DNA of 64,000 nt from Nitrosopumilaceae archaeon (GTDB taxonomy: Archaea > Thermoproteota > Nitrososphaeria > Nitrososphaerales > Nitrosopumilaceae): positions 128,001 through 192,000 of the forward strand of contig CBDCCK010000002.1 in the NCBI GenBank assembly GCA_965214835.1, in the 5' to 3' direction. A model generated the notes under the pieces. That model was not told where the DNA came from. It saw only the letters and a list, made by a program, of their open reading frames with translations, and did no database searches. The translations under genes were made by a program, and so were the position numbers. Of this stretch, positions 36,036 to 46,534 are shown one piece after another (position 1 is the first letter of the stretch; every line of letters begins with the position of its first letter).

Positions 36036-39000
36036 TCATCCCTGCTGCCTCCTCTTTGTATACATGGCCCTGACTGCCCTGTACCCGACGTATATCATGG
36101 CGCCCCCCATCAGCACGTAGAATATGCGGTACCCGATGACCTCCTCGTATAATGCCTCGGACGTTCCGTCCGGCGCTATCGCAGTCACGTTGCGCATTAC
36201 CGCGATTCCGCCCCACTCGTTCTGGACCGTCACCACCCCCAGCGCCGGCCCCGGCCTGTCAAGCACCAGCAGGCACCCGTCCCCGGCGCATGCCGAGTCG
36301 CGCATCCTGGTGCCATCAACCCATGCTGATTCGATGCCGCCGAACTCGCGCTCGCCCTGTACCATTGCCGTGTCGTCGTACATCTCCGTCAGAAGGACGT
36401 TCTCCGGGTGCATGTTTACCGGGATCCGTATCACGGGCTCTGCCTCAAAGCCGCCGTACAGCATGACTCCGGTGGCCTCTGCGCCCTCCCTGCCTGCCGT
36501 AACGTATATGGAGTGCCACGAGATGTGCGTCATCAGCGTACTCTCGTCTTCTGTTATCGCGTCCCCGTGCGATGCCGCCCCCAGGCGCTCTGCCAGCGGC
36601 GGCAGCGCCGACGTCGGATACGCTATTCCCGTGCGGTTGAGCAGTATCACGGATGTCGGCCCGCCAGGATATGCAGGCACGTTCATCTGGTACGTGTCGC
36701 CGAGCCTGAGATACGAGTACTTGTGGTCGGTCTTGTTATACAGCATGTGCTCTACCAGCGAGACCCTGCCGTACAGGTCCGGCGACTCGTCGCGTATGCG
36801 TATCTCCAGGATGTCCGTTTCCCCGTCTATCTCAGGCGGCAGCGGTGCGGTCACGTGCCACGCCGTGGCGTTGAGCGGTATGGAGAACCTGCCAAGCGGG
36901 TACCCGTACCCGTATGCGTGAAGCCATGTCACCTGTTCCCCGCCATAGTCGCGCGATGCCAGCGTGTCATGGGTAGTCATGTTCAGGTACAGCATGGGTG
37001 CGGCCTCGGCCGGGATGTCGCCGTCCACTGCTATCCTGATGTATCCCTCTTTTTCTATCATGGCGTCCTGGACGGTCCCGTTCCAGTATACGGGTGCGGC
37101 ATCGGCCCATCCGGTGACCGTCTTGAGCGGATGATCCTCTGGTATGTAGCCGCGCACCGTCGGGTGTATCGAGGTATCGTCAAGTCCTGCGGCGTCTGTC
37201 ATTGTGACGTCGGACTGCCATTTGGCATAGTCGGTCCCAAGCGGGGTCTGGATTGCCTGCACGGCGTAAATGTCGGTCACCTTCATCGGCCGCAGCGCGT
37301 GGATTCCCGGAGTGTCGCCGGGCCCGCCGCCCTCTGATCCCGCGTATTTGAGCGCCGTACCGTACCTGTTCTCAAAGCTGGTTGTGCCGCCGTCATTTGT
37401 GATACTCCACGTCATCTCCGAGTCTATTACGGGATCATACCACACCACCAGCGGCTTTGCTGCTCCCGTCCATTCCCCTGCCGGCCTGCCAAGGTTGTAC
37501 AGTGTGGCATAATGCAGAAGATTCTGGATGCCGTGCTCCGAGTCCTCATAGTGGACCGACAGCAGGTCGCCGTTTCCCGTATCCTGCAAGTATTCTGTTA
37601 TACGGTCGTGGTTTACAGATGAATGGCATGTGTGCATTCCAGTGCACAGGTGATCGTCCATCTCGATTACCGTGGTATCAGTTATGTCCGTATCAAACGA
37701 TATCGTCGCGTGCCGCTCGTCCTTCCAGACGGCGTCAGGCCATCCGTGTATGCCTATGGCATCATCGATATAGTATGTGGCATCCAGGTTCTTTGAGGGA
37801 AAGCCGTCCCTGTCGTATACCTGCGGGAACGCAAACAGTATCGGTCCCGTGCCGTTTACCGTGGGATATGCAATGTCTGCCGTATCTTGGCGCTTGTAAG
37901 TATGGCATTTTGTGGGGTTGTGGCTGCAGTACTGGCCGTATCCCGTTATCTCTATGCGCGTGGAATCAAACAGCAGCCGCCTCTCCTCCGGATAAGCGCA
38001 ATAGTTGACAAACGCAAGGTACCTCTCTATGGCGTTATGGTCCGTTCTCCACTTTGATGGGTTGTTCTTGTTGCCCTTTGTCCAGTAGCCGAATCTTGAT
38101 TCCAGGCTCTCATAGTATGCCTCGTCGTCTGTGATACACCACTGCGGCGGCGTGTCCTCTGTCGCAAGCTCTATGTGACCGTATACGCATCCCGAATACT
38201 TTTGACCCCGGCCGCATCCGGCGGCTGCCACCTCTTCGGCAAATAATTCCACGTCCTCGTCGTGCTCGAGTGCATCGAGTGCGTCAAACTCCGTCTGGTC
38301 GCGCGGCACGCCATAGTGGATCTTTGTCATGTCCGTATCATGGTGATCATCCAGGCCGCTGCACGATATCCTCCTGGTGGAGTCGCAGAATTCCTCGAGG
38401 GAATGGATGTCAAACCTTGGTAGGCTCTCCACGCGCGCCTCTTCGAGGATCGGGTGGTTTGACGTATACCCCATCACCCTGCCCGGACTCCCGCGCGGCT
38501 CGTACCTGCCTGCACTCACCTTGACTGTTATGGGCTCGCCGTCCGGGTCAAACTCTTCTGCACCCCAGTTCATGACGCCCCTGCCGGAGTACTGGAGCTC
38601 CTTTGCCTGTGTCCCGTTGAGGATGGTACCGACGCTGAGGTGCGCCCTGGAGACGTCGCACGGCCCGTCCTCAAGCGCCCCCAGATATGGCCCGATGCAC
38701 GACCTTGACGGGGCAGGCGACAGCGTGTAGGTCTCGCTCCATGTCGCCACGCAGTTCTGGTGGAAGCACCTCTTCCTGCTCTTCTCATAGTCTATCACGT
38801 CAAAGACGTGGCCCACCACCTGCTCGTCGACGCGCATCCCCCACGTGCTGAACCTGTGGTCGTGGACCTTCCCGTCGTGGTCTATCCTGTGAAGCGACAT
38901 GACGTGCATGTTCTGCGAGACCTCGAGCGGGTGCACCTGGAATCGCATGCACTCGCGGTGGCCGCTATACTTGTAGATGAAATGAAACGCGTCTCCCGGA

Positions 39001-39221
39001 TAGTACGTGCCGTCGGGGTTGATGCGGTCATCCCCGCTGGCAGCCCTCACCACCGGCGATGTCCCCGTGTCGCTGATGCGAACCCAGCACTTGCGGTCCA
39101 GGTGGGATGCATGCGCCTCGTCTGCCGTAATTATTACTTCCATGACTGTTATTGATGCTGCCAGTAACACCAGCGCCGGAACCAAGGATCTAATGACAGT
39201 CATTTTTTGCAGCGTCATCAT
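36036..39221 (-). CDS. Large secreted/surface protein with C-terminal TM anchor (1061 aa)
   Basis: Signal peptide, Cys-rich N-terminal region, C-terminal TM + basic tail. Confidence 0.85.
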   Translation of the reverse strand: MMTLQKMTVIRSLVPALVLLAASITVMEVIITADEAHASHLDRKCWVRISDTGTSPVVRAASGDDRINPDGTYYPGDAFHFIYKYSGHRECMRFQVHPLEVSQNMHVMSLHRIDHDGKVHDHRFSTWGMRVDEQVVGHVFDVIDYEKSRKRCFHQNCVATWSETYTLSPAPSRSCIGPYLGALEDGPCDVSRAHLSVGTILNGTQAKELQYSGRGVMNWGAEEFDPDGEPITVKVSAGRYEPRGSPGRVMGYTSNHPILEEARVESLPRFDIHSLEEFCDSTRRISCSGLDDHHDTDMTKIHYGVPRDQTEFDALDALEHDEDVELFAEEVAAAGCGRGQKYSGCVYGHIELATEDTPPQWCITDDEAYYESLESRFGYWTKGNKNNPSKWRTDHNAIERYLAFVNYCAYPEERRLLFDSTRIEITGYGQYCSHNPTKCHTYKRQDTADIAYPTVNGTGPILFAFPQVYDRDGFPSKNLDATYYIDDAIGIHGWPDAVWKDERHATISFDTDITDTTVIEMDDHLCTGMHTCHSSVNHDRITEYLQDTGNGDLLSVHYEDSEHGIQNLLHYATLYNLGRPAGEWTGAAKPLVVWYDPVIDSEMTWSITNDGGTTSFENRYGTALKYAGSEGGGPGDTPGIHALRPMKVTDIYAVQAIQTPLGTDYAKWQSDVTMTDAAGLDDTSIHPTVRGYIPEDHPLKTVTGWADAAPVYWNGTVQDAMIEKEGYIRIAVDGDIPAEAAPMLYLNMTTHDTLASRDYGGEQVTWLHAYGYGYPLGRFSIPLNATAWHVTAPLPPEIDGETDILEIRIRDESPDLYGRVSLVEHMLYNKTDHKYSYLRLGDTYQMNVPAYPGGPTSVILLNRTGIAYPTSALPPLAERLGAASHGDAITEDESTLMTHISWHSIYVTAGREGAEATGVMLYGGFEAEPVIRIPVNMHPENVLLTEMYDDTAMVQGEREFGGIESAWVDGTRMRDSACAGDGCLLVLDRPGPALGVVTVQNEWGGIAVMRNVTAIAPDGTSEALYEEVIGYRIFYVLMGGAMIYVGYRAVRAMYTKRRQQG

Positions 39222-42181
39222 GTATCTTTCTCCCTGTACTCGCCTATCGCCGCCAGTATGCGGACGCGGTTCACGTAGGACAGCGCGGCAATGCCGGCAA
39301 ACCCGCAGACCAGTATGAGTCCCGTATAGTCCTCGCGGTACAGCGCCTCGGTGCTAAAGTTCTCGCGTGCGCGCAGCTGGACTGTCTGCGAGTAGATGTC
39401 GGATCCGTGGCCCTGCGGCAGCTCGGTCCAGCGGTCAAAGACGTCAGATACCAGGAACGGTATTCTTTCTCGCGGCGGCGCGTCCAGCGTCACCATCTGG
39501 CCGTCCTCGTATATGCCGCCTCCCGTCCCGCCGTGCACCTGTATCCTTATGGTGTGCATGTATTCGAGCCTGACCACGGTCAGCCCGTCTACATTCACCG
39601 GGAACGTGGGTGTCTCCCATGTATTGCCGTCGCCGTCCGTCGCCCGCACAAAGCTGTATCCGGCGTTTCCAACTATGACGTCGCGTGGAACCTCCACGTG
39701 GGCGGTCCCCAGGCCGACTGCCGTCTCGCCGGGGATGCCGGCAGTCGCCGTCTCGCCCGACTCCGAGGTTATGACCGCCGTGCCGGTGGTGGCAATCAGT
39801 GTGCCGGTGTCTACTGCGCGGGACTCCAGCCTGAGCACCGCCCTGTCGGGTATCATATACTCGTGGGAAAAGGTGGCCGCCTCGTATCCGGGGGCCTCCA
39901 GCGTTATGTGTATATCGTACGTCCCCGGGGACACGGGCGTTATGACTATTCCGGCATCGGACTCCGTGTATGGCAGCTCCGTGTCGATTATGTGCGTGGC
40001 CGCATCCGGCGCGGCTATCCCCACGACCTGGGAGGTTCCGATGTCTATTGTGTTTGACCCGAATGCCACTGTCGCGAGATCCGACGGCAGATCGTTTGTA
40101 AAGACGGCGACTGACGTCTCCCCGAATCCGACGGTCTCCCCGAATATCGCAAACGTCTCCCGCCCGGGGGACTGCGGCATGCAGGAGTACATGTTCCGGG
40201 ACTGCGCTGCTGCCGTGCAGCCGGTCTCCATGTGCTCTGAGATGTCAAGTATGTGGCCGTCGGCCGATCTCAGGTATGCGTATGCCGGGAACTCCTCTCC
40301 CCAGCGCACCGAGTCGGGGGCCCTGATGGTCAGCTGGAACGGGCTGGCAGGTATATTGGACTGCTGGCCTGTGATGTCCTCGGTGTCCGCTATCGCGGTG
40401 ACCTCGGGGTTTCTCACGTGCGGCGTCCCATACACGTAGGTTATCGGGTGCTCGAGGCGCACCGTCTGCGGCAGGTCCGCCTGCGAGGAGATCAGCGTTA
40501 TGCGGAGATCGCCGAACGTGTCGTGCGGGTCCACCACGTTTCCGGCCGAGTCCAGCACCATGACTGCCAGTACGGGCTGCGTCCCATGATTGTCGCCGCC
40601 GGCATCAACGCTCATCTGGCGCAGCTCCAGCGTGTACCGTTCCGTTCCTACTGCGATCTCGGCTGTCGCCGATCCCGTGTGCGGCGATGACAGGTGGATG
40701 GCCGACGGGGCCTGGGATGTCGGCGTCACCCGGAATGCTACGGACTGGGCCGGGAGCCCCTCTGGATCCCACGTGATGCTCTCCTCGTGCTCCAGCCCGC
40801 TTGAGGAGACGTGGATCACGCTGCCCTCTATCCCGTATGTTGGGATCACGTCGGGGAGCGTCCTGTCGTATTTGTCGCGGAACTCCACGTCTATTACCTC
40901 GTGGTCCGGGTTTTCCGTGTCCGTGTCTATATCCCACAGCGACGTATCGGTGTATGCTGATGCCACAAGGTAGGCTGCAGAGTCCAGCGGGATGGACGGC
41001 GGGTAGACTGCCGCAGTCATGGTGTTGGGGCGTGCTGCCAGCACCTGGGAGATGCGCTCAAGCGGCCTGCAGTCGGTCTCGGTTACCGTTACCGGCTCCA
41101 GCACCGTTTCAGCGCCTCCGTCATCATCACCGGCTGCTGCAGTAGAGTTTACCGCCACCAGCTGCAGCTCTATGTGCAGTGTAGTGATGCATACCTTGAC
41201 GTCCTTCCCGTCTATCCTGTCGAGCACCTCCATTTCGGCCTCGGCGGCGCCTATACCCCGGACGCTTGCTGTAACTGACGCGGTTCCCTCCCCGTGCGTG
41301 TATAGCTTTGCCATCCCCAGCCCGTTTACGATGTTGACCTTTGTCGTGGAATGGTCAGCTGTCCTGGTCGGCGTGAAGCCGGCTATCAGCCTGTCGGATA
41401 TTGTCAGCTCGGCCTCGCGCAGCGCGGAGGATGTCACCTGCTGCTGCCTGCCTGCGGCATCCTCCAGCCAGACGAACACGTATGCATAGCTGTTGGAGGC
41501 AATCACCCCGTCAGGCGCCACGGCTACCCTGACCGAGTGCCTGTCGTGCACGTACCGTATTTCTGCCGTGTCCGATACCGTGCTGTCCGTGTATGCCGTT
41601 ATCGTGGCGTCGTCGGCATGCAGTTTTATGGGCGCCATGGCATGCGTCTCCCCGTCGCGTATGGTTACGGTATTCGGCATGTCCACGCCGGTTCCAGCAA
41701 GGTGCACCCGCGTGTCGCCTGCGGATCTGACCGGCGTTCCAAGGTGGTCTACAAGCTGGACTGCGGCCGTGAATTCCCGGGATGCCGATGCCTCTGGGAC
41801 CGTCAGCACTATGGCGGTGTCCGAGCCTGCCCTCTCGTGTATGGTGGAGAAGGCCGGCGCGGCAAACTCCCCTGCGCGCTCGGCCCTGACCTCCAGGTCT
41901 CCCGTGCCCCTTATCTTTATCTCGAACGTTCCATGGTTTCTGCCCGCAGGGATTGTTACCTCGGCCGGGATGCCTATGATGTCGGAGCTTGATGCCAGGC
42001 GTACTGTTTCTGTTGTTGCATGGCCGTCGTCGCGGATGTACACGCCGTAATAGTACGCATCCGGCTGCGTGAAGAGCATCTGGTCGGGGATGAACAGCTC
42101 GTCTGCGTGTGCTGGCATGACGGGAATGGTTGCAGCTACAGCGATTATTGCGGCGACGACTGCGTGCAGGGCGTATCTCAC
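39218..42181 (-). CDS. Large Ig-like-repeat surface protein with C-terminal TM anchor (987 aa)
   Basis: Signal peptide AHA, repeated EVTIPAG / VQL.D..G.P Ig motifs, GGTGGGIY..GQ.VTL.A repeat, TM tail. Confidence 0.85.
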   Translation of the reverse strand: MRYALHAVVAAIIAVAATIPVMPAHADELFIPDQMLFTQPDAYYYGVYIRDDGHATTETVRLASSSDIIGIPAEVTIPAGRNHGTFEIKIRGTGDLEVRAERAGEFAAPAFSTIHERAGSDTAIVLTVPEASASREFTAAVQLVDHLGTPVRSAGDTRVHLAGTGVDMPNTVTIRDGETHAMAPIKLHADDATITAYTDSTVSDTAEIRYVHDRHSVRVAVAPDGVIASNSYAYVFVWLEDAAGRQQQVTSSALREAELTISDRLIAGFTPTRTADHSTTKVNIVNGLGMAKLYTHGEGTASVTASVRGIGAAEAEMEVLDRIDGKDVKVCITTLHIELQLVAVNSTAAAGDDDGGAETVLEPVTVTETDCRPLERISQVLAARPNTMTAAVYPPSIPLDSAAYLVASAYTDTSLWDIDTDTENPDHEVIDVEFRDKYDRTLPDVIPTYGIEGSVIHVSSSGLEHEESITWDPEGLPAQSVAFRVTPTSQAPSAIHLSSPHTGSATAEIAVGTERYTLELRQMSVDAGGDNHGTQPVLAVMVLDSAGNVVDPHDTFGDLRITLISSQADLPQTVRLEHPITYVYGTPHVRNPEVTAIADTEDITGQQSNIPASPFQLTIRAPDSVRWGEEFPAYAYLRSADGHILDISEHMETGCTAAAQSRNMYSCMPQSPGRETFAIFGETVGFGETSVAVFTNDLPSDLATVAFGSNTIDIGTSQVVGIAAPDAATHIIDTELPYTESDAGIVITPVSPGTYDIHITLEAPGYEAATFSHEYMIPDRAVLRLESRAVDTGTLIATTGTAVITSESGETATAGIPGETAVGLGTAHVEVPRDVIVGNAGYSFVRATDGDGNTWETPTFPVNVDGLTVVRLEYMHTIRIQVHGGTGGGIYEDGQMVTLDAPPRERIPFLVSDVFDRWTELPQGHGSDIYSQTVQLRARENFSTEALYREDYTGLILVCGFAGIAALSYVNRVRILAAIGEYREKDT

Positions 42182-42633
42182 CTGCCGCGCACCTCCGCTA
42201 TTGCAGTAGCATATGCGGTACTGCCGTCCCTGACAGCCGTGCCGTGTACGGTTACCGGATACCGGTCAAGCTCCAGCTGCGTATCATAGAATAGCTCCTC
42301 GTGGTATGTGGCAGTCATTCCCGGATCAAGGTGTGTGGCAAACGGGTTTGGCGGCAACGCGTCCCCCTGTCCCAGCATCCCAGTCGCGTTTGCAATATCG
42401 ACGAATTCAGCCCTCTCAAACGTGACGTCCCGTACTGTCTCGCTGCCGGCGTTTCTCGCAGATATGGCCAAGACGAAAATATCGCCCGGCGGATCGATTA
42501 TCTCCGAGGATACCTCGATGACGGCCCCCGTCTCTGCCTGGTCTAGTAGCCCGCCTGCCAGTATTCCGGTTATGGCGGCCACCGTCACTCCGGATACTGC
42601 CATCCACTTTATGATCTCCTTTGTCAGTAACAC
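42178..42633 (-). CDS. Pilin-like protein
   Basis: TKE + hydrophobic helix + ARNAGSETV beta domain. Confidence 0.65.
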   Translation of the reverse strand: MLLTKEIIKWMAVSGVTVAAITGILAGGLLDQAETGAVIEVSSEIIDPPGDIFVLAISARNAGSETVRDVTFERAEFVDIANATGMLGQGDALPPNPFATHLDPGMTATYHEELFYDTQLELDRYPVTVHGTAVRDGSTAYATAIAEVRGR

Positions 42634-42701
42634 AAGCCCAAAAGCTGCCTTTGTTTAAAAATGGGGAATTTGTGTCAGAAAGAAAAAAGAGGTTGGCGGT
42701 G

Positions 42702-43268
42702 TTAGATGCCTATGCGTATGGTCTCTGTGACGTATTGCAGATTTGTATTTACTGGATCTGTAACTGTTATGTATACTGCTGTTATCGTATACCCGCCACC
42801 TGGCGCCACTCCGAGATTTCCACTTAAAACTCCGCTGAATTGGTTGGATCTACCTGAGGGGATAGATATTCCTCCAGCTGTATCTAGTCCATCGTCTGGG
42901 TCGTCAATATCGTGTGTGACAGATGCTGTACCATTAGTATATGTCCTAGCAACCCCATCAAACTGATCCGGGAGGAAAGAAGAACCACTGATCCTGTCAC
43001 CAAGATATAGTATCTCTTTTCCTGTCAGTCCATCCAAGGCCACCAGCAACACGCTAATATCGTTTCTTCCTGTGTTCTGAATCGTGGCTTCCGCTACAAT
43101 CTGTCCCGGAAGACCCTGCTTGGCAGATCCCTCGATGAATACCGTCTCTGTCGCACCCTCTCCTGCAAGGTCGCCCAGCACTCCTCCTGCGATTAGTGCG
43201 CCTGCGCCTCCGGCTATAGCTACAACAAGCCCAATCCATATGACTGTCTCTTTGGTTACCTGTACCAT
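42702..43268 (-). CDS. Pilin-like protein (first gene of operon)
   Basis: MVQVTKETVIWIGLVVAIAGGAGALIAGG...IQNTGRNDI. Confidence 0.65.
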   Translation of the reverse strand: MVQVTKETVIWIGLVVAIAGGAGALIAGGVLGDLAGEGATETVFIEGSAKQGLPGQIVAEATIQNTGRNDISVLLVALDGLTGKEILYLGDRISGSSFLPDQFDGVARTYTNGTASVTHDIDDPDDGLDTAGGISIPSGRSNQFSGVLSGNLGVAPGGGYTITAVYITVTDPVNTNLQYVTETIRIGI

Positions 43269-43402
43269 TGATTCCGCAAAACCGTTTTGCATATAAACAC
43301 GCAAATTAGCTATGTTGGTGTCATGTTGGCGGCATGATATTGAGTGTGGATGGTTGTTGTGACGCGGTTAAATGATTAGGTATGTTGTGATGTTGAATGT
43401 CT
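43255..43402 (+). repeat. Direct repeat copy 1: pilin-like 5' end and divergent promoter region (copy 2 at 48369-48506)
   Basis: 36-bp identical core GTTACCTGTACCATTGATTCCGCAAAACCGTTTTGC plus shared TGACGCGGTTAAATG and GATGTTGAATGTCT blocks. Confidence 0.88.
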
Positions 43403-43633
43403 GATAAACGCTCAAAAGTAGCTTGGGGATTAATGATTGTTGGATTCGCAGTCCTGTCTCTGGGTATCGTTTTGTTCTTGGACTTGTTTGAGCTGGACAA
43501 AGAAAACATCGGTACGGTCTTAATGACGTCAGGGGGAGTCATCATCGGAATAGGTTCCGCGGCATTGATTGCCTCAAGATCATCCAACCGGCAGAATCCG
43601 CCTGCCCGACCGCGCAGAGTCACCCGTCTTTGA
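43397..43633 (+). CDS. Small 2-TM membrane protein
   Basis: Two hydrophobic helices, divergent from the pilin operon. Confidence 0.6.
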   Translation: MSDKRSKVAWGLMIVGFAVLSLGIVLFLDLFELDKENIGTVLMTSGGVIIGIGSAALIASRSSNRQNPPARPRRVTRL

Positions 43634-43746
43634 CCTGTCATGCAGAAACTCACATGTGACTGTGATCTTCACTTCCTGATAATTGAACATGACCTGATCA
43701 GCGATGATCATTCCATGCTTAAATGGCTTCAAGGTCTGTTGAAAGC

Positions 43747-45243
43747 ATGGGACTGTTCTCACGCAAGAAATCAGACATGCACAAATTGTATGAGGCCTGC
43801 ATGAAAGGGGCCGTAACAGATACGCTTACTGCCACGGAGACAAGCACCGCCATCGTCTCACCGTTCTCGCTGTACTGCAGCTATCATGCGGATCCAGACC
43901 TGCAGGATCCGCCGGATCCGTTCCAGCAGGCGCTTTCACGGAAGGGTCTCGAGCACGAGGCCGCAGTAGTCGAGTCGGAGCATCCGGACATACGGGAGAT
44001 ACCGGTCGAGTCGCCGCAGGACGGTTTTATGAAGATGCTTGACTCCATGTCTGCCGGGACCGAAGCTCTAGTGCAGCCTCCCATGTTCTACCTCCCTGAC
44101 TGCATGTACGGCGTCATTGATATCCTTGAAAGGCGAGACGGTGACTCTGTCTTTGGCAGACACCACTATGTAGTGAGGGAGATCAAGGTTGCACTCAACA
44201 TAAAGGAGCACCACCTCATCCAAGCGGCGTTTTACGCAAAGATGATGGGGCTGATCCAGGGCCGCCGGCCTGAATACTTTCTGATAACCGACGGCAACGA
44301 GAATACCATGAGCTTCCGGTATGACGAGTATGAAAAGCCTATGGAGGATGCCATGTCGCTTGCACGGCGCATAATGAAGGGGTGGATTCCGCCTGCAGTG
44401 TACAATACTGGCATCCCACCGTGGACAGGGTACACTAATGAGATTGCCATCCGGAACAACGACATCTCGCTTATTCCACATATCGGGCCAAAGATGCGCT
44501 CACTGCTGCTCGATGCTGGACTCCATACCGTAAACGACGTGGCCACATCGTCGGCAGGGAGGCTCCAGAAGATCAGGGGAATCGGTAGTAAAAAGTCGGC
44601 AGGATACATCGAGTCTGCCCGCGCCATAGACACCGGCCGGTGCGCCAGGATGGGCGGAAATATAGACCTGCCGGAACGGCCTACCGAGATATTCCTCGAT
44701 CTGGAGGGGCTCAATGCCACCTTCAGCAACAGACTGACGGACTATCTGATAGGTGCGGTTGTGAGAAGGGACGGGGAAGCTGCATACCACCGCTTCTTGG
44801 CAGAGAACTGGCGCGAGGACCGCATGCTGGAGGAGTTCCTCGGCTTTATAGATCAGCAGGATGACTATGTCATATACCACTGGCACAGCTATGAGAGGAA
44901 TCACCTGAAATCGATGATGGAAAGGCACGGCATGGACGGACACGGCATGCTTGCCCCGGATGTGATGATTGACCTGCACACCGTTGCCACCGGTGCCTTT
45001 GTGTTCCCGACATACTCCAACAGCATCAAGGACATAGCCAGGTGGATCGGGTTTGAGTGGAGGCACCATGACATGGGTGCGACATCTGCCATCGAAGTAT
45101 ACCTGCGGTATGCCGATGATCCGGAGGCATATGCAGACGAGATGAAGCTTGTCATCGACTATAACGAGGACGACTGCAGGGCCGTCATGGTAGTGAAGGA
45201 CTGGCTGGCATCACGTGCTCCACGCGAGGCGGCTGGCGCATGA
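43747..45243 (+). CDS. TM0106-family RecB-like nuclease with HhH and C-terminal RNase H-like domain
   Basis: GLEHE, GVIDIL...VREIK (PD-(D/E)xK), IRGIG HhH, IFLDLEG, YHWHSYE, SIKDIA, YNEDDC. Confidence 0.88.
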   Translation: MGLFSRKKSDMHKLYEACMKGAVTDTLTATETSTAIVSPFSLYCSYHADPDLQDPPDPFQQALSRKGLEHEAAVVESEHPDIREIPVESPQDGFMKMLDSMSAGTEALVQPPMFYLPDCMYGVIDILERRDGDSVFGRHHYVVREIKVALNIKEHHLIQAAFYAKMMGLIQGRRPEYFLITDGNENTMSFRYDEYEKPMEDAMSLARRIMKGWIPPAVYNTGIPPWTGYTNEIAIRNNDISLIPHIGPKMRSLLLDAGLHTVNDVATSSAGRLQKIRGIGSKKSAGYIESARAIDTGRCARMGGNIDLPERPTEIFLDLEGLNATFSNRLTDYLIGAVVRRDGEAAYHRFLAENWREDRMLEEFLGFIDQQDDYVIYHWHSYERNHLKSMMERHGMDGHGMLAPDVMIDLHTVATGAFVFPTYSNSIKDIARWIGFEWRHHDMGATSAIEVYLRYADDPEAYADEMKLVIDYNEDDCRAVMVVKDWLASRAPREAAGA

Positions 45244-45354
45244 CCGTGGTTTGGGTACAGAAGATCGGACGTCTTTACACGTTCAGGCACGGTTACGTAA
45301 CATGTCATCTTGCTCGCAACGTTTAACTGGAACGCTCAGATCCAGACAGCAGGT

Positions 45355-45827
45355 TTGGACACGGAGTCGTTGGCCATAATTGCACCTGTGGCAACTTTTT
45401 CATCGCATTCATTGCCATTCGGCTGAATTATATCGACAAGCAGTTAGATATCCTGCTGCCGAAGTTCAAGTCAAAATTAGATCGTGCCGACAAGGAGCTT
45501 CAGGCGGAGATATCCAAAAGGAGTCCGAAAAAAGATGTCGTGCTGTCGTTCGCCAATCAAATCGCGTCATATACGAGCATCCGCAACACCATCAAGGAAC
45601 TTTCAAAGATGAACCGCAGGCAGGTTGCGTTGGATGCTGCCGCAATCGTGGGTATGATTACAATTGTAATAATCCACACGTATGGTTATCAGCATCAGCT
45701 AAAAGACGCGGCATCTGTCATTATCGTGCTTGCCATGGCCATGATGTTTTTTTCAGGCTTGACATTCGCTAGAAACTTTCACCGCATGAACCATTTTAAA
45801 AACAAGGCAATGGATCTCGAGGATTAG
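45355..45827 (+). pseudogene. 3-TM membrane protein with apparent 1-nt frameshift near 45396-45400
   Basis: TTG-DTESLAIIAPVAT then shifted frame FIAFIAIRLNYIDKQLDILLP... to stop 45827; paralogous to 23587-23856. Confidence 0.55.
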
Positions 45828-46339
45828 AGATCGGGCTCGTCGTATTCCGTACTGAGATACGAATCGGACTCGTAAATCCCCCTGCCTACCTTTGCCTTTA
45901 TCGTGCTTGCGCTTGCATACTGGGGGTACTGAAAGTAGACATCCTGCAGCAGCCGCGACAGGGAATACTCCTGGTATCTTTTTGTGATCGTCATGATCTT
46001 GTTGTGCAGGGCCGTGTGCTCGTGCCTCAGCCTCTCAAAGACCTTCATGCCCTGCTCTGTGACCGCGAACCTGTCCACCTTGAACCCGTAATCGTTTGTA
46101 ATCGGATGTTTTTCTATCTGGCCGCTGCCAAGCGCTCCCTCCATGTCGCCTGCCAGCCCAGCACTGAATGGTCCAAAGTTGCTTGCCCTCCAGTCGTCGT
46201 AGAACCCGACATTGCGAAGTTCCTTGATCTGCATTGCAGAGAGAAATGCGTACTTTTGCAACCTGGTCATGCCCTCCACATAGTCATGCATTCCGATCAG
46301 AAATGCCGGAATCTCCGAGCGCTCAATCATGTGCGGCAC
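45824..46339 (-). CDS. Panacea/SocA (DUF4065)-like antitoxin-domain protein
   Basis: GMTRLQKYAFL, FYDDWRASNFGPFS, VYFQYP. Confidence 0.7.
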   Translation of the reverse strand: MPHMIERSEIPAFLIGMHDYVEGMTRLQKYAFLSAMQIKELRNVGFYDDWRASNFGPFSAGLAGDMEGALGSGQIEKHPITNDYGFKVDRFAVTEQGMKVFERLRHEHTALHNKIMTITKRYQEYSLSRLLQDVYFQYPQYASASTIKAKVGRGIYESDSYLSTEYDEPDL

Positions 46340-46534
46340 CCGACCCCATGCCCGTATGTTCCTCCACGGCTGAATTAAATGGTTTCATCTGGATTACCCG
46401 TCCCTCCATAACCGAGTATTGTAGGACTGTGGGGTATTTATTGCTGCTTTTTTTCCATCCTACCTTCATAGATGTGACCAGGCTCGCGGCTGGATGGTCA
46501 ACAGGATCAGGCCAGTGTGATGTCATCTAGCCCC

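Noticed and set aside
39519-39532. 14-nt match of spacer 3/4 to the Ig-like surface gene
   Set aside because: Short, GC-rich and expected by chance.
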